Positions 1 through 15,100 of a DNA stretch of 64,000 nucleotides are shown here, in pieces. Both the position numbers and the translations under genes were made by a program. This DNA is from Tubiluchus corallicola (lineage: Eukaryota > Animalia > Priapulida), in assembly GCA_030141605.1 (NCBI GenBank), contig JAQGDQ010000018.1, positions 1,178,001 to 1,242,000 on the forward strand, read 5' to 3'. How positions within the stretch are numbered: the first letter of the stretch is position 1; each line of letters opens with the position of its first letter. The notes below the pieces were generated by a model that was not told the origin of the DNA, did not search any database, and saw only the letters and a list, made by a program, of their open reading frames with translations.

Positions 1-1365
1 ACTTCACTAACGACAGAGCTTCTTTCCATAGGCTGGTGATGAAGTGATGCTCTAAATGACCTGACAATGACGTTGTGAGGTCATAGTTAAAAAATGACAA
101 CATTTTTGCATTTATATGGTGCATTTTCCTATCAGACATTAACACACAATTTTCTTCTATGATGGATTGTCCAGGAGATGCAATCTACTTTTGCCCTCCA
201 CAGGTGCCATCAAGATGCAAAGGAAATGATATGAATGGACATAGATGACAAGCAAGGTCAATCTGCAACTGATTTTGAATGCTATTGCAAGTAATGATAA
301 TATGAAAAAATTAATTTCTGTGACCCATTTTCAATAACAATGAAGCACTGATGTTCCTAATTAGGTTACAATTGTATGTGATGTCGTAGGTGAAAAACTT
401 CAGCATTTTTGGAATCCTCTGGTGCACTTTCCCATTGAGACCACATTCTAACAGAATCTGAAGAGAAAAATTCTGCTGCAATTTGCTCTAAGTTGTTTGA
501 TATCTTTACCCCCCTAATCATTTAATTGGCTTCATAGTTGATCTAGATAATCGTTTTCGAGTTGACAACTGGTTATATGCAACTAATGAATTAAACAACA
601 CATTCTAGGTTGATTTCTTTTAAACCAAAGCATTCAGTGAATATAGTACTGTGATACAATACCGTAATTAAATTGCTGCACTAGTTGTATTGAAACTAAA
701 TTTTGTCGGGAACAGATTTTTTATGACACTTATCTCTGTTATTTACTGCTTTTCTGATGCCCTAGACATTTTTGAAACAAAATGTTGTCATATTAACAAA
801 ATGCAAATGTAAACTTGTGGTGTCGTCTTCTGCTTCACTCATTTTAAAAGCTCCGCGTAAAACACCGAATTAATGTGAAAAACCAGAAAGGGCAAAATCA
901 GTTGACTGGCATTAATTGTTATGTCACATATTAACGCATATGTTTAATTTAATGAAGCAATGATTCTTAACAAATATCATGAGAGTTGGGAAATTATAGT
1001 AAGTTCGTGAACAAAAGGAAAAAATTAGGTACAACATTAAATTTTTTTGGTGTCCAACTATGTCATGCCCAAGTCCCAGTGCCCAAATGTCTTGTGTGCA
1101 AATGTCCTGTGCCCTAATGACCACAGTCAAATATCATGTACCCAGTAATGAACAAGAAAATATTAATATAATTTACAGGCTTCTCTGCAAGCCGTAACTC
1201 AGCACTGAATGACTGAGTCTACTTAATGTACAAGGTTGTGGTGGAACCAAAATCTAGCTCATTATCAAGGACTATTCTACAAGATTAAACAGTGAACCGG
1301 TGGAAATGTCTTGACAATGTTTAGATCTACAACTATTGTCTCTCAATTGTGCCAAATAAAAGTAC

Positions 1366-1537
1366 CTAGGTAGTTATCTCGTTGACCATGCTCTGGTATA
1401 CGATAATCCACCTCGTCATTGTGAAAAAAGTGAAATGGCTGAAAGTCATCAAAAATGAAATCACCCATATACTCATTCATATAAGTATTTACAACACGAC
1501 GGTCAAAATCATCTATGACTCGGCCACCATACATAAC
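1366..1537 (-). CDS. DNAH10: DNAH10 exon 73 (last in window)
   Basis: [14 protein letters not shown]. Confidence 0.92.
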
Positions 1538-4500
1538 CTGGAAGAGAGAATCATTCAGCTAATCGCTTCTTTGCATTTGTAAGTAAACAAGTTGATTAAT
1601 AGAACTGCATGACAAAACGTACGGTTGAATCTATAATGCAAACACATAAATAAAGAACTTGTGCATTAGATATAAGCATACATGAAAAAATATAGATTAC
1701 TGCTGTTCGCTTGGGAAAGTATGGTTAACAATTTTCGTGTTTATCTTACCATGTCAAAGAAGTTCTAACAAATAAAGTGAGACGAATGATTACAAAAAGT
1801 TCATGAGAAACTCATAAAACCCTTCTTGTTACCATGTCATATATCCACTATGACACGTGTCAATCTCATTGTTTGTCCAATTAAAATTCATGCGTGTTGG
1901 AAGTTTTGGAAGAAGAGCCAGATGCATAAATTTCACTAATAAACTCGCTACTGGTTCCCTTATAGGAGCTTTAATGTCAGCTTTATTTGATGGTAGGAAT
2001 TCATAAACTATAAATGACTAAATAATGCTAGTACTAAATTAGCTGTGCCAGTACAAGTGTAATAGCAATTAGTTAAGTTATTGAAAGGCAAAGCATACTT
2101 CTGTCACTTCTTACCATAATGACTCAAGCTACTATTACCGAAGATACTACTAATATAAATTACCCCTGATAGCAGATGCTGGCAAATTTGTAAGTTATTG
2201 TATGCAGTAGTAAATACAGACAATAATAGTATTAATTGCATACTAACATAGCACATTACTTGGCAGTGTATCATACTCTAAAATGAAGCCATAAATTTCT
2301 ATCAACATTTAACCAGCATAATTCACTTGGAATATTGCATCACAAGAACATCATTTTGAAGCTTAATTCACAAAAATTTAGCTTGTACCTTTTTCCTGTT
2401 TTTCCTGAAAAGAATTTGCTTCTATTCCTACTGCTTCTTACTCTTCATGCATCTAATTATCTACCTATCAGGTTCACTTGTAAAGTTTGCTTATCAAGAC
2501 TTAGCAAATTTTCACAAAATTGCATTTACATATTTTACTCTTTTAACAGAATTACATTTCTTAATGCTAGCCAAAAATAGTTCTTTATTAGAAACTTTCA
2601 AAAGCTAATTGTAAATGAGCGCATGTACATTGATAAGCTATTGTATAAGCTTACCTCGCCTATTAGATACTTAAGACTGTTCCAAGGAATGGATTCTTCC
2701 CCAAGTGTCAATGCTTTTGTAAGATAGGTATTGAGTATTTGCATACAAACTCTGAAGTCTGATTCATTAAAATCATAACTCACATTCCAACCAATCTTAT
2801 CATATCGCCTTCGTTCCTAACCAATACCAACATTCATTTGCATGATACATGATAAGGAAACTACAGATATAAAAACAATGTTTAGCAAGCACAAAGGTTT
2901 GGCAGAGTCTTTTTGTATATGTAAAGGTTGCAAAGGACAAAAAATATCTCACTATTAAAACATAGCTATTAAAATGATATTTTTACAGTTGATAAGGTTA
3001 CAGTTGTTTTCAAAGTGGAATGTGATGAACATATGTTGCATCATTCATGGAGACCACCTGCATATTTTTGAAGCTGTCATACTGAAGCAGTAACTGTTTT
3101 AAACAACATCCGATGGCAACACCTCACAAAAAGTTGGTAATTGAAGAACAATAACATAGTATGTTATACTACTGCAGTTTTTTGACTGAAAGAGATAAAC
3201 TTGTTGTTGAGAAAGTTTCACCTTATCAACATTTTCTGATTTCTATTTTTTTCCTCATCTAAAGAATAAACACAGCAAATAAAATATAATCACAACTTAA
3301 ATGAAAATATCAAATTTAATTTCTTCTACACTGTAAATCACTAACCTGAACAACTCCATGAAAAAATGCCAGCACATAGATGAGAGAAGCAAATGCTGGA
3401 TGGTCACACTCCATCAACGAATTGGGAGGTATCTTGAAGTAAGTATTTCGTAGGTTCAGTTTTAAACCATTTGGTGGTTCAGTAACTACCTAAGAATAAT
3501 GCACATCACGTTTAATGCATTATGAATTAACTTATACATATTTATAATGATCCAAAAAGAACTTTGAAAACTTGCATACAAAAATAGCAACAAATTTACA
3601 GTCTTGAAATCTTGAATAATATACTTCTAAAAGTCTTTAACGACATACTAGAAGTTTGAGGTGCACATGGTTAGTATAAATGCTGAGAAGAGCAACTTGC
3701 TAACTGGTGATGGTATTAGAGGTTATGAAAAGAGGTGGAAGTTTGTTCCATAAGCGTATTGCTCTGCTACACTATCAGAAATCATAATCTGACTTAGTTA
3801 TTTTCTCCAACTGTTTTCCTAAGTCTTGCAACCAATTTATAAACAGATGGCAGTTCTGCAGCATAAGCCTTTTACATTATAGAATATCAAAATAAGCCAA
3901 TATTGCAAAGTTCATATGATCAATCAATCAAATGGGTTAATCACATACCCATTTCTGAATCATTTGTCCAAAACAAGCCACTTAAATAAAACACTGCTTT
4001 GTTTGCAGCACACTAAAGTTCTAAACAGAGGAACACACTGAATATAAAATGCGAAAAACTGCCCCTATTTTAGAATTCTAATATGCCCATAGTTTTGTGA
4101 CATCAAGTACATAGTCGAAGTGGTGTGTATATCTGCCTACCACTCTATGCAATCTCTGAAGGATTATGAAAAAGTTGTGATTAAGCTATTGTATCTCAGC
4201 TGCAAACTATGGATAACAAGATATCACAGTAAGAAATAATAAAAGACTTTAAATGATAATAATAATGTTAAAAGGATATCCATTTGTAATTATTACCTTC
4301 AGAGACCGCTGCAAAATACCTATTGGAAAACTGGGAGTCGGATCAGTAGTAAGCCATAGCCGGAAGTCAGGATGTGGCTTAGTTATTTTCTCTAACTGTT
4401 TTTCTAAGTCTTGCAACCAATTTACTAGCAGATGGCAGTTCTGCAGCATAAGCCAATGCCCTCTGGCAATTGCAGTTTCCAGGAGCTGGACTGCAGCCTA

Positions 4501-6069
4501 ATAAAGTAAAGCGATTAAAATATGGAAATTAGGCAGTTTACACGTATAAAATATTTAATTTGACAGCCATCAAATAAATTTAAGTAAACAGTTTTGAATT
4601 ATTTTATAAGCCAGTTTAGTTGCACAAGCAATAACAAATACTTAAAAGTAATAAAAAACCATTGGTAGTAAAATTGAACTGTTGTTTTATTCTGCTTTTG
4701 TACTGCTCGCCTAACATTTAACAGCAAAACAGCAGGATCAATAGTAATATAGTTATTAAAAACAAACTGGTCACATATAGTAAAACGTATGATCGATCTA
4801 ATGGAAAACAACCAATGCCACACCTTCAGTGAGAAGAAAATAAATATTGTATAGAATTTAAACTTAACAGCCAAGTTAACTAAGTGTTAACTAACTAAAG
4901 TGTTTTAACTAATGACGGCAACAGTTACCTGCTATTATAAGTACTATAGGTTTATAAAAGAAACTGTGAACTGCAACGCATCACCCTACTATTATAGTAT
5001 AATATCAATCACTAGATTGATAACAAGATCAGGACTACTGTACCTTTTCTTGTCCCTGACCCATGGCCAGGAACTTTAACCGGTTCTCCATAAAACCCAT
5101 TCTTTCTGCCAGTTTGGTCAAATCGCTGCCAGGGTCAGAGCCGGGACTCAGTATGAATACTATTGGAGAAAGTGGAGTGCTTTGTTCAAATATTGAATCA
5201 AAGCTGACTACCGGAGGGGTGACATATCGTTCGCCCATCTGCTTTGAAACATAGTCACTAACTGCGCGGTAAATGCGGTCAACCCGAAAGCATCGTAACA
5301 GCATGAGACGTTGAAACGGTGTCAATGCTCGTTCGTACTTCATTGGAAGATGTGCTACTTCAGGCGTATCCATGTCAAACCACTTAAATAAAAAATAACT
5401 CTCATTAGGCAACAATGCTCTTAAACACATATGTTTATACTGACACACATATTCATATAGACAAGCACACACAAAGTATTTCTGTTTTATAACTTTTGGC
5501 TTTGTATGTGGAATTTGTGTTACACTAGCTTTAGCTCTAAAGGTAAGACAAATTATATTTATGGAAATTATTGGAAACAAATCGCTGGCAGTCAAAGCAG
5601 AGACATACGAAATGCTGAAAAGCAGATAATACTATGCGAGCTATACCAACGAATGACAAATAGATAATAAACCACATTTGGCTGCACGTGTTTCTGTTAT
5701 TATTGCTATTGCTAACATCTTTACAGCATTTATTATTAGATATTCTTTGCAATGCACAATGTGTACTTTTTCAAGAAAAGATACAAACGTGTCAAGTGAC
5801 TTAAAAGCAAAATGTTCAAAAGTAGAAAAAAATTCTTAAGAGTTAAATCTTAATTAGTAAATACATACATGTTTCCAAACTCGTTCATGTTGCTCAATAT
5901 CATCAGTTAGTGTTGAAAATGCAGGGAAGGTTTCTGATAGTAAAATGACATCTTCCCAACCTTGCTCGGGAAACCATCTACAAGAACACATTACTCATCA
6001 AAACAATTCAAAATTGCATTGTTTGTTAAAAACAAAATAATGATAATAATAATAATCATAATAATAATA

Positions 6070-6105
<36 letters not shown>

Positions 6106-9100
6106 CTTGGAAAACATAATCAATACTTTCAGAAATAACGACCCTATTTATTTACAAGCTGTTTGTAAGACATTAATATTCACTTAGCTGGTTTAGTACT
6201 GATAAGCAAAATTTATTAAAAAAATTCTTACCTGAAGGGTCTCGCTTTGTCACTTTTCTCTAATGAAATGTTGCCTTTTATGAAGAAATCTAGCTCCTCT
6301 TGTGAAAGTCGCCCCTCACTTTGTTCTAGTTTTATTGCCATTTGAAAACTGAATAGCAATTTATGTTTCTCAAAAATACCTGAATACATAAATTGACAGC
6401 AATCTTTAACAGGCAATATTAAAAATTGTACGCATTTTTCAAACTGAAGCTGTGGTAAGCATATTTTATACTGATCTAAATAATAACAGTAAATAAAGCT
6501 GTGAGAGTCAGTTTACTGTGATTCAAAAGCTGAAAAATCAATCACAAAATCAGCAAATGTAATGCTTTTAAACAAAAAGTATAAACTATCTGTTTACAAA
6601 TTAAACAAAGGTAGCACACGGCTCAACAAGTCATATTAAATTTTATGTAATAATGTCAACATAATAAATAAATTTTACAAATAATTTGTTTTTATTTTTA
6701 TGCATACCTGTGCAACCATAATTATATACATTCAGAGTCAATGTATTCATTATATTCTTCAAACGCTTCAAGACGACTGGATCACGCATGCTTCTCTGCA
6801 GAGAGTGAGAGAATACCTAATAAAAGATCAGTTCTTCTGGATGTTTGTAACACAAAACTACTAGTTAAATAAGCTTAATTATGGCACCTTCATCAATTGT
6901 CTAGACTCTAGACTAATCTGGTATTGTTACATTAATTCACAAAGCTCATTCTTAAAAATACCTCTAAGTAAGAAGCCAAACTGTACTGATACATGGAGTT
7001 GATGGTTGACATTTCTGATAAGACAAAAAATAAAATCGCTCCTCGTTTAGCAGCTGGTCGATAACCATCACGAGTATGTTCAATATCTGTGGCAGTCTTT
7101 GCTGCTAACTTCAGCTTTTCCGCTACCTGAAAAAACAATTTATATCTTTAGTTTAACAGTTCAATGTATTTCAAAAAACAGTGGCATTGATGTACTTTAA
7201 TTCTACAAATATCTGTGATTACAATAACGGTCAAGACTAGGTCACTTAATAACATTTGTATGCTTGCACTGCAAAATCGTCCATAAGTCGGCAATTAAAA
7301 TTTTCTAGTTATTCACGTATCCTGAATCTCCATTTCATGAGTATCATTTTGATACCAAGCACATCAATTTACATTGAAGATGAGGTGCATGCTATGCATT
7401 GAAAAACATAATCTTGAGAAAATTGCTATTAAAGTTAGCCATTGTTTTTTGTCGTGTTTCTACAAAACACTTAGTAACCACACAAATGTTGGTTGCTATG
7501 GACTTTGCAAGAAGACACTGAAGTTATGTTTAAATCCAGTAGATGGCTCTTTCTAACATATGGGCTTGGCAGCAGAAAAAACCCGAAGCAATGATTGCTT
7601 CCACGAGCTTCAATCGGAGTTTGAAAATACAAGTTTTTTACAATTGTAATACTAGTTTCTAGCCAGATACTAGATGCCTGATAATCTGATGCTAGAATAT
7701 AAAAGTCTAATATATTTAGCATTTGTTTTTATAAAAAACAAAAAATTGACATTTGTCCAGATTTTTGGTGCATTCTACTTTGAAGCATCATAACACAATA
7801 CCGACTTGTGGACGGTTTAGGTTTGCAAGCCTACATTTAATATCTCATGCTTGCATTATGCTCTTCTAATTATATGTGATTTTGCACTTCTAAAATGATC
7901 AGTTTGACAAAAAACTCTTACTTCAGTTGCTTTTGATTTTGTTTCTTCTAACGTTTCAACTAATTCAACATTGTCTAACATGTTGCCTTGGGAAGTGGCC
8001 AGTTCGCGCAACAACGAGTCTTCCAAATCCTTGAGTAACCTCTTGTTATCAAACGTTTCTTGTATGAGTCGCTCGCGTTGTTCTTCCAGCTCTTTGCGCT
8101 CAAACTTGACTATCACGCTAAGCAACTGATCCTCCAAACCCTGCATATTAATCAGTTAACATACAGTCAAACATATTTTTGTTAATTACTGGTAACCTTA
8201 CATTATTCTACAAAATAAAAAATGAAAAAAACTAAAAAATCCATATTTTTACACCTGATGAACATAAACGACATTCTATATTACTATGCCAAGTTTAAAA
8301 GTTAGTGTCTATTAAGTATAAAATTTATTTCTGTTTAATTTCTGATTTTTATTAACTACTGGTAACCTTACTATATTCTGCAAAATTAAAAATGAAAAAG
8401 CTAAAAAAAATCCTATTTTTACACCTAATCGACACAAATGACATTCTATATTGCCATACCAAGGTTATTAAAAGTTAGTGTCTATTAGGTATAAAACTTA
8501 TTTCTGTTTAGTTTTAGACTAACCCAAAGGTTATTTTATAGTAATTAAACTATTGTCAAAAATTACATGATTCTATTAACAAAATTACACTACTACATGG
8601 CAATGAAATTAATGCCCAAAGACAAAATAAGGATTGCCGACATATTTATTTCAAATAACTGCCAAAGATCTAGGAATGGAGTCGGGCAGCACAAATTCAT
8701 TTTACAGTGTTTTAATCAGAAATCTTAGCCATTATTAATAGGTCACTAAGGCTATAAAAAAATTTGGAAGTCACTGTCACATTTAAAATTATTAATTATC
8801 TATTGAATAAATGTACAAGTAACCAATGATGAGAACATTCAAGCAATGTGCAGTTCAGCAGGTTTATTATAAGATACAAAAGACTTGCCTTTAACGTTAC
8901 AGTATAGTTAATAACCATAGCTTTGCCAAACACATTGGGTGAATATTTTGGATTGGAAAGCTTGGAGTTCAAATATAATCGAAAATTAGGATCATAGTCT
9001 ACTTCTTTGTCACCCAAGATCACATATTGTCTACCCTGTTGACCTATAAGTATAAAAATGTGTGCAAGCCACTCATTATAATTTAATAATAAAATGTATA

Positions 9101-12100
9101 ACTAAAACTGAGTAACCTGATCAAATCACTTGGGCAAAACAAGCTGGTATGATGCCAGTCTAGCAGATGTACAAATCCAAAATCAGGCACGGTAGCATGT
9201 TGGCTACAAATGGAATAAAGCATGCAAAATATGATAATATCAACAACTTTCTAAAACATGCCTATTATTTTTTTCCAAACTTAATTAGGTTGCCAAAGTT
9301 GCAAGTACAGCAGGCCATGTGAACAGCTGTTGATCTTGACACCTTGGAGTATGTGTTGCTACACCAAGTAAAAGCAAAAGAAGTGCAGACTGTTGTACTA
9401 GCTGTATGGATAACACATGGCCCTCATAACGGAAATATCATATTCATCAAGTCAACTGCTGTTCATTAGGTACACGCAATATAACAAGAACTAACTGCTC
9501 AGTGCACAGTGAAAAAAGCTCACAGCAAACACGTTGTTGCTTTTCTAAGCTTCATACCTGGCTTTAAGGAACTTATACTAACTGTTTTGTCTCGCAGTCC
9601 ACGTAATTGTACTGTTGCAAGAAAAAAGTAAAAATGAAAACTACAGCACTGGCACACTTAATTGCAAATAGCTTTTGAGACAAGTATAACTTTTAACATT
9701 TAGCAGATCTGAGCACAGCACATGATTACCACAACAAAAATGTAGCATGTAACAAAGACACTAAAGTTTATCACATCAGTTAATTTTGCACATTAAGTCT
9801 TTGTAAAGTCTAAAAGTTTATAACTAAATAAATTTATAAATGGGCATTACCTTTAATATTCTTTTCAAGGACATTGTCAATCACTGGATCTATGTATTCA
9901 TCGACATCCGTGAATAGAAATGGAAAGCCATATTTAACAGCAAGTTCCAACTGTTTGATAAAATCTGGATCATTAAAAGTGCACACCTGGGAAAATAAAA
10001 TTTCATGTTACTAAAGAAAAAATTTCAAGTTACTAAATATATTGTCAGCTATGAAAACGTAGTTCACACACTTCTTTTTAATTACTAATTCATTTGACAG
10101 TATTGTGAGTTTTACTTTTGTGTTTAATTTGATAGAATTATTAGTTCCTGATTAGAGTTTCAGCCCCCTGCAGAAATTACTGAATATGTAACTATCCTGC
10201 CAGACAGACAAAAAATAACAATTTGAATGATTTCTTCACCTTTTTGCATGGTTTAAAGCCATTAAGTAAGCCAAGCCCTGGGCACTGCCATGTAGATGGG
10301 AACAGGTCATTTGGGTGCGGCCGTTGGGGCGTCAGACATTTGGCAGCGAGACATTTAATAGCCAGATTCGCTGCACGCTGAGCTTGTGCAAGAAAATAAT
10401 TTCTGCATTGTACTACAATTAGAATGTCTATATATATATATATATATATACACAGTTCGCTTATTAGGCGAGTCCTCTTTGATTGCTCAGTAACGTGCTA
10501 ATTTTTAAAATTTACCTAAAAATTTTGTAAGCAAATAAATAATTATTTTTGAGAATATGATCGTGTAACTGACACTAGAAATAAGTAAAACAGTTACCAT
10601 GTATAAAAACTCTGCTGCTGAAAACAGATGGAAATCATGCAATTCAAGAGATACCATGAAGAACCTTAATGTTGAAACTGATAATTATGTATTAACCTTT
10701 TTATCTCATAAATTGATCTACTTTCTTTCAAATAAGTAGCTAGTATAAACAACTTAAAGCATACCAAGCGCTCAATGAATAGTTCTACGTTAACGCTAGG
10801 TTATCGTTGGCTTGCGTGGAATAAACATAGCTAATAATGAACAACTAAATCTCATTGTTACTGACATGCTTTAATTGTTCATTTTAAAAACTACACATAG
10901 GCTAATACTGAAGGTGAAGAAAGTGCAGAAAGGCAATTAATTGGCTTTAATTGTGTTATTAAATATTATGACAGTTAAAAACATAGTGAATCATAAAAAA
11001 TTTAGTAAACAAAAATAAAACAAATTAAGGTACAATATCAGATTTTGTTTATGCTTAAATGTCTCATGCCAAAGTGCCCATTTAGAAATGTCTTATCAAC
11101 CAAAATTACTCTGGTTGATAAAAAAAACTTTCTTATGTTACATAGTTAATTGCTGCATTCATCTCATTTGCATATGTAACTAAATTTTTTATGAAAAAAC
11201 AAAAGTAGGAAGAAAACAACTGAAGGAGATCAACCAGAGGAGGAAGGGCTTATGCTTCAAATTTAGATTTCAGTTTTCTTAATTTAATTACTCAATAGCT
11301 TTTTAATTAAGCAAATTTTTAATGAAGAACTGTACGAAAAAAAAACAAATCTATATAATGTTTAATTTAGAAGCTAAACATTATTGATTTTTCTCCTGCT
11401 ATGTAAATGAATGATTTTACAATTTTACATAACCAGTGGTTTTTGTTCCACTACAACCAATTGAATGCTTCCACGTAGACAAGGACTATTGATTTTGTTC
11501 CTGGAATGCAAAGTGCTGAAAGTTTTTACATTATTTCTTATGAAAAGTATTATTTTGCTTAGCGACATCTCGCTTAATGATGTATTTTCCTGGAATGCAT
11601 TAGCATCATTAAGCGAAGACTTATTGTATTTAGAATTAACTCTTATTATTATATCACCTTTAAATTGTTAGCCTCTTCTCTTTTTCTAATCCAGTTAAGT
11701 GCCTGTTGTTGTGGGTCAATACACAGAGGAAAACGACTGGAGGTCGTAGTGAGAATACCATTCTGAATTGACAGCTCATCTGGTGGTAAGCCTTCAGAGG
11801 TCCACCTAAAGAAAAACAATGGTTAACTAGTGTTAATTAGTGTACAAATTAGTCCTTCTTCTTTACAGATCCAGTTTTTTCCTTTGAGTTTTTACACAGC
11901 ATTCCCCAGCAAGACTACCAAAAGGATACCTCATACCACTTGGAAATTTGGTGTCAGAAGCTTGATTTCCTTGGACTTGTATTTAGATATTCACTTTTTA
12001 ACTATAGCCTCATCTGTGGCAATCTTTACAAAAGATACAAACAGTTATGTTTCCAAATTAAAAGATATGAATTTATGATATTGCTATTAGGTACATGCAA

Positions 12101-15100
12101 AACATCTTCTAAAACCTGTTAATTTTCATAGGGTTTGTTTCAAAGCTACTAAAATTTGCTTTTACAACACACAGACAAAAAATAGTCACACTATCAGATT
12201 GGTTTTATCATGTACATGTAATAATGAGACTCATAAAAAAACTACAGGATATAATCTGCTAATTGACTGAATTTTAATTTTTTAGCACTTTTTGTCAACA
12301 TTTCTTCGCTTTTCCTTAACAAAGAAATTGAAAGAAATTTGTTAATCAAAGACACTGCAGACACTATAGTGTATTCAAAACACCTACATTATTATTGATC
12401 AATCTCTGGATATACTATTTTTACTCATTAAAGAATTGCTAGTATGAACTGTGAAACTAATTATTCTAATCAAAATGAGGCAGGATAAATTTCTCATTTA
12501 TACGAGCACTTTTAATCAAAACACACCTTAAAGAACACAAGAAAAAGACAAATTATAACTATAGTCATAGCTTATCTACGTAAGATATTTTTGTATTTAA
12601 AAAGAAAAAAATGTTACAACCATAATGAAAGCACTAACTTCAAAACAGTAAGTGTCATATGTGTCCAGTTCATGTAGAGTATTGTAACAAACCTGCTAAT
12701 CTCGACATCATCAGTTAGTAAAGCTTCAAGTTTAAATGGCTGACTAAGTGGAATTCCATGATTAATTATATCAGACTGCCATTCAGAATACAATAAATCA
12801 TTGCGAAAATCCCATGTGAATGCACCCAGGTAACTGAGAAATGCAGATGCTAGAAGGCAGTCTCCTAACAATCGAACTCTCTGTTCCTTTAGATCTTCCA
12901 GATCATGATGCCACCTAACATCATAAACATTATGCTTGACTTTACACATATAAGCATGTAAACGGTAAGACGATACATCAGGAAACAAAAATAGCAATGC
13001 TAATACTAAATTTCTTTCAAAATTTTGTCTAATAGAGACCTTAATTCAAAAGAATAACACAAGATACAAGGAACTTCTGAAAAACCTCTCATTTTCTGAG
13101 CTGAGACCAGAGATCAATTTATCGGCTGCAATAAGTCGCCTCTGCATAATTTCCGTTTCTTCTGTCAATGCTTGTCTCTCCGCCATGGCTTCTTCATATT
13201 TTGCACCTAGTGCAGCTAATTCAGATTCTAGTGTAGTGACTTCCTTGTTAATTTTGTCCAGTTCTCGTTTACTCTGGTGGAATTCTCGTTCCAACCGTGC
13301 CACCTAAAAGAATTACAAGAAGCATTAGTACGGCTTTTAGACGATGAAAACTATAAAGAGATAGACTCTTTTGTGAACACAACCTTACTTTACTACTAAA
13401 TTGTGTATTACTTAACTCTGACAATGCCAACTCACAAGAAACCAAGACAATCTAGATAAATGCCACATCACAAGAGAAAGCAAGATCTGGATATCGGATT
13501 TCACTGCTGGTCAGTAGTTTGAATTACAATAATCAAGTTACAATAAACCAGTTGCAGGAACTTAAAATTTTCCAGCACTTGATACTGTCAACTCACCTTT
13601 TCTCGTTTTGGTTTCACTTCACGATTTACTGCACAATATCCCATTACAGCATCAACGAATTTCAACAAACCCGCACCAGCTCGACTGATAGCTTTCATTT
13701 CTTCTTGAGAACATTCCAATTGAGCAAGCATGTTCTTAACTGTTTTAACTTGACCCTAAAATATTTAGAGATCAGTAAAATAACCATCACCCAGCAAGCA
13801 CTAAGATTAGAGTACTTGTGAATATAAGTTAAAAAATGTTTACAATTTTAAAAGTCATTCAAAGTCTTAAACAGTGTAATTTTATCTACCTTAGCAAGTT
13901 TTTCAAACATTCGTGATCTACTTAAGCATATCAGATGATTGTATAAGTACACTATCAATATGTTAAGGAAGTAATAACAGAAAATTTGTTCTAAAATCCC
14001 TTTATAATAAAGTAAAAAGAAATTGTTCACATTAAAACATACAAGGCTAAATGTATGGCTTATTTGAATAAAAGAGAAATAAATTTAAAAGTACTCATGC
14101 TATTATGTAAAATAAGCAAATTATGATCAAGACCTGCAAGAGTTGACTCTGACAGCACAGTTCTAACAAACAGTCATGAATATTTAGTAATTTATGCATC
14201 ATATTTAAAAGAACTGTAAATGTAGTGACAAAGCACTGGAAGAAACAAGTATTAACAAAACTACAATAATCCATCAAAACAGCCATGTTTTGCACAATTA
14301 ATCTTACAATGCTTAACGTTTATCGGCAACTGGATATTAGGGTAACAATTATAGAACCAGTCTAAATAAACAACATACACTCGTAATGCCATCCACATCC
14401 ATTTCAGTAAGTGCTTTTAGAAAGTTTGCCTCAGACATCATTCCCTTGGCAGATTTCCAACTTACTTCCTTTATGCCTTTCATCACAACAATGCATTCAC
14501 AAACAGTTTGCACTGGTTTTGGTGGCTTGGCAAATGACCTATCAGCATAATAAACAACTTGTCAAATGTACAGTATTAAGGTGGAAATGCTTTCGCTAGT
14601 GAAATTTATAATTCATTGTGTAAGGCAAAAAAATCACGTCAAAGAAAATCAGTATATTCCATATACGTATTTGCATTATTATTTACCATTTGCTGGTCAA
14701 AATTAGTAATTTAACAAATATTTCAAAATCATTCTCCAAATTTATCAATTTTTCTGAAATAATAGATGAAAAAGAAAGAGCAGCCTTAATTTTCTGCTGT
14801 AGCAGGTAAAATTCTCAAATGACCATTATCATAAACAAAAACTTGCCTAATCTCAGTGACATCAGATTTGTCCAAATCTTCCAAAGCTTTCCGAGCAGCT
14901 TCCAAGGCTGGCAATGCTTCTGCCAGGGCATTTTCTGCGAGTTTCTACAAAACATAAAGAATAAATACAAAGTCAGTGCAATGTACAAAATCATATGAAT
15001 ATCAAATGCAATAAAGCCGTAAATCTAAATTTCAAATGTCATTTACAATTCGTTCATGTAACAAAGTTTAAACAGATGTTCATTTCTAAACAAATAAAAA

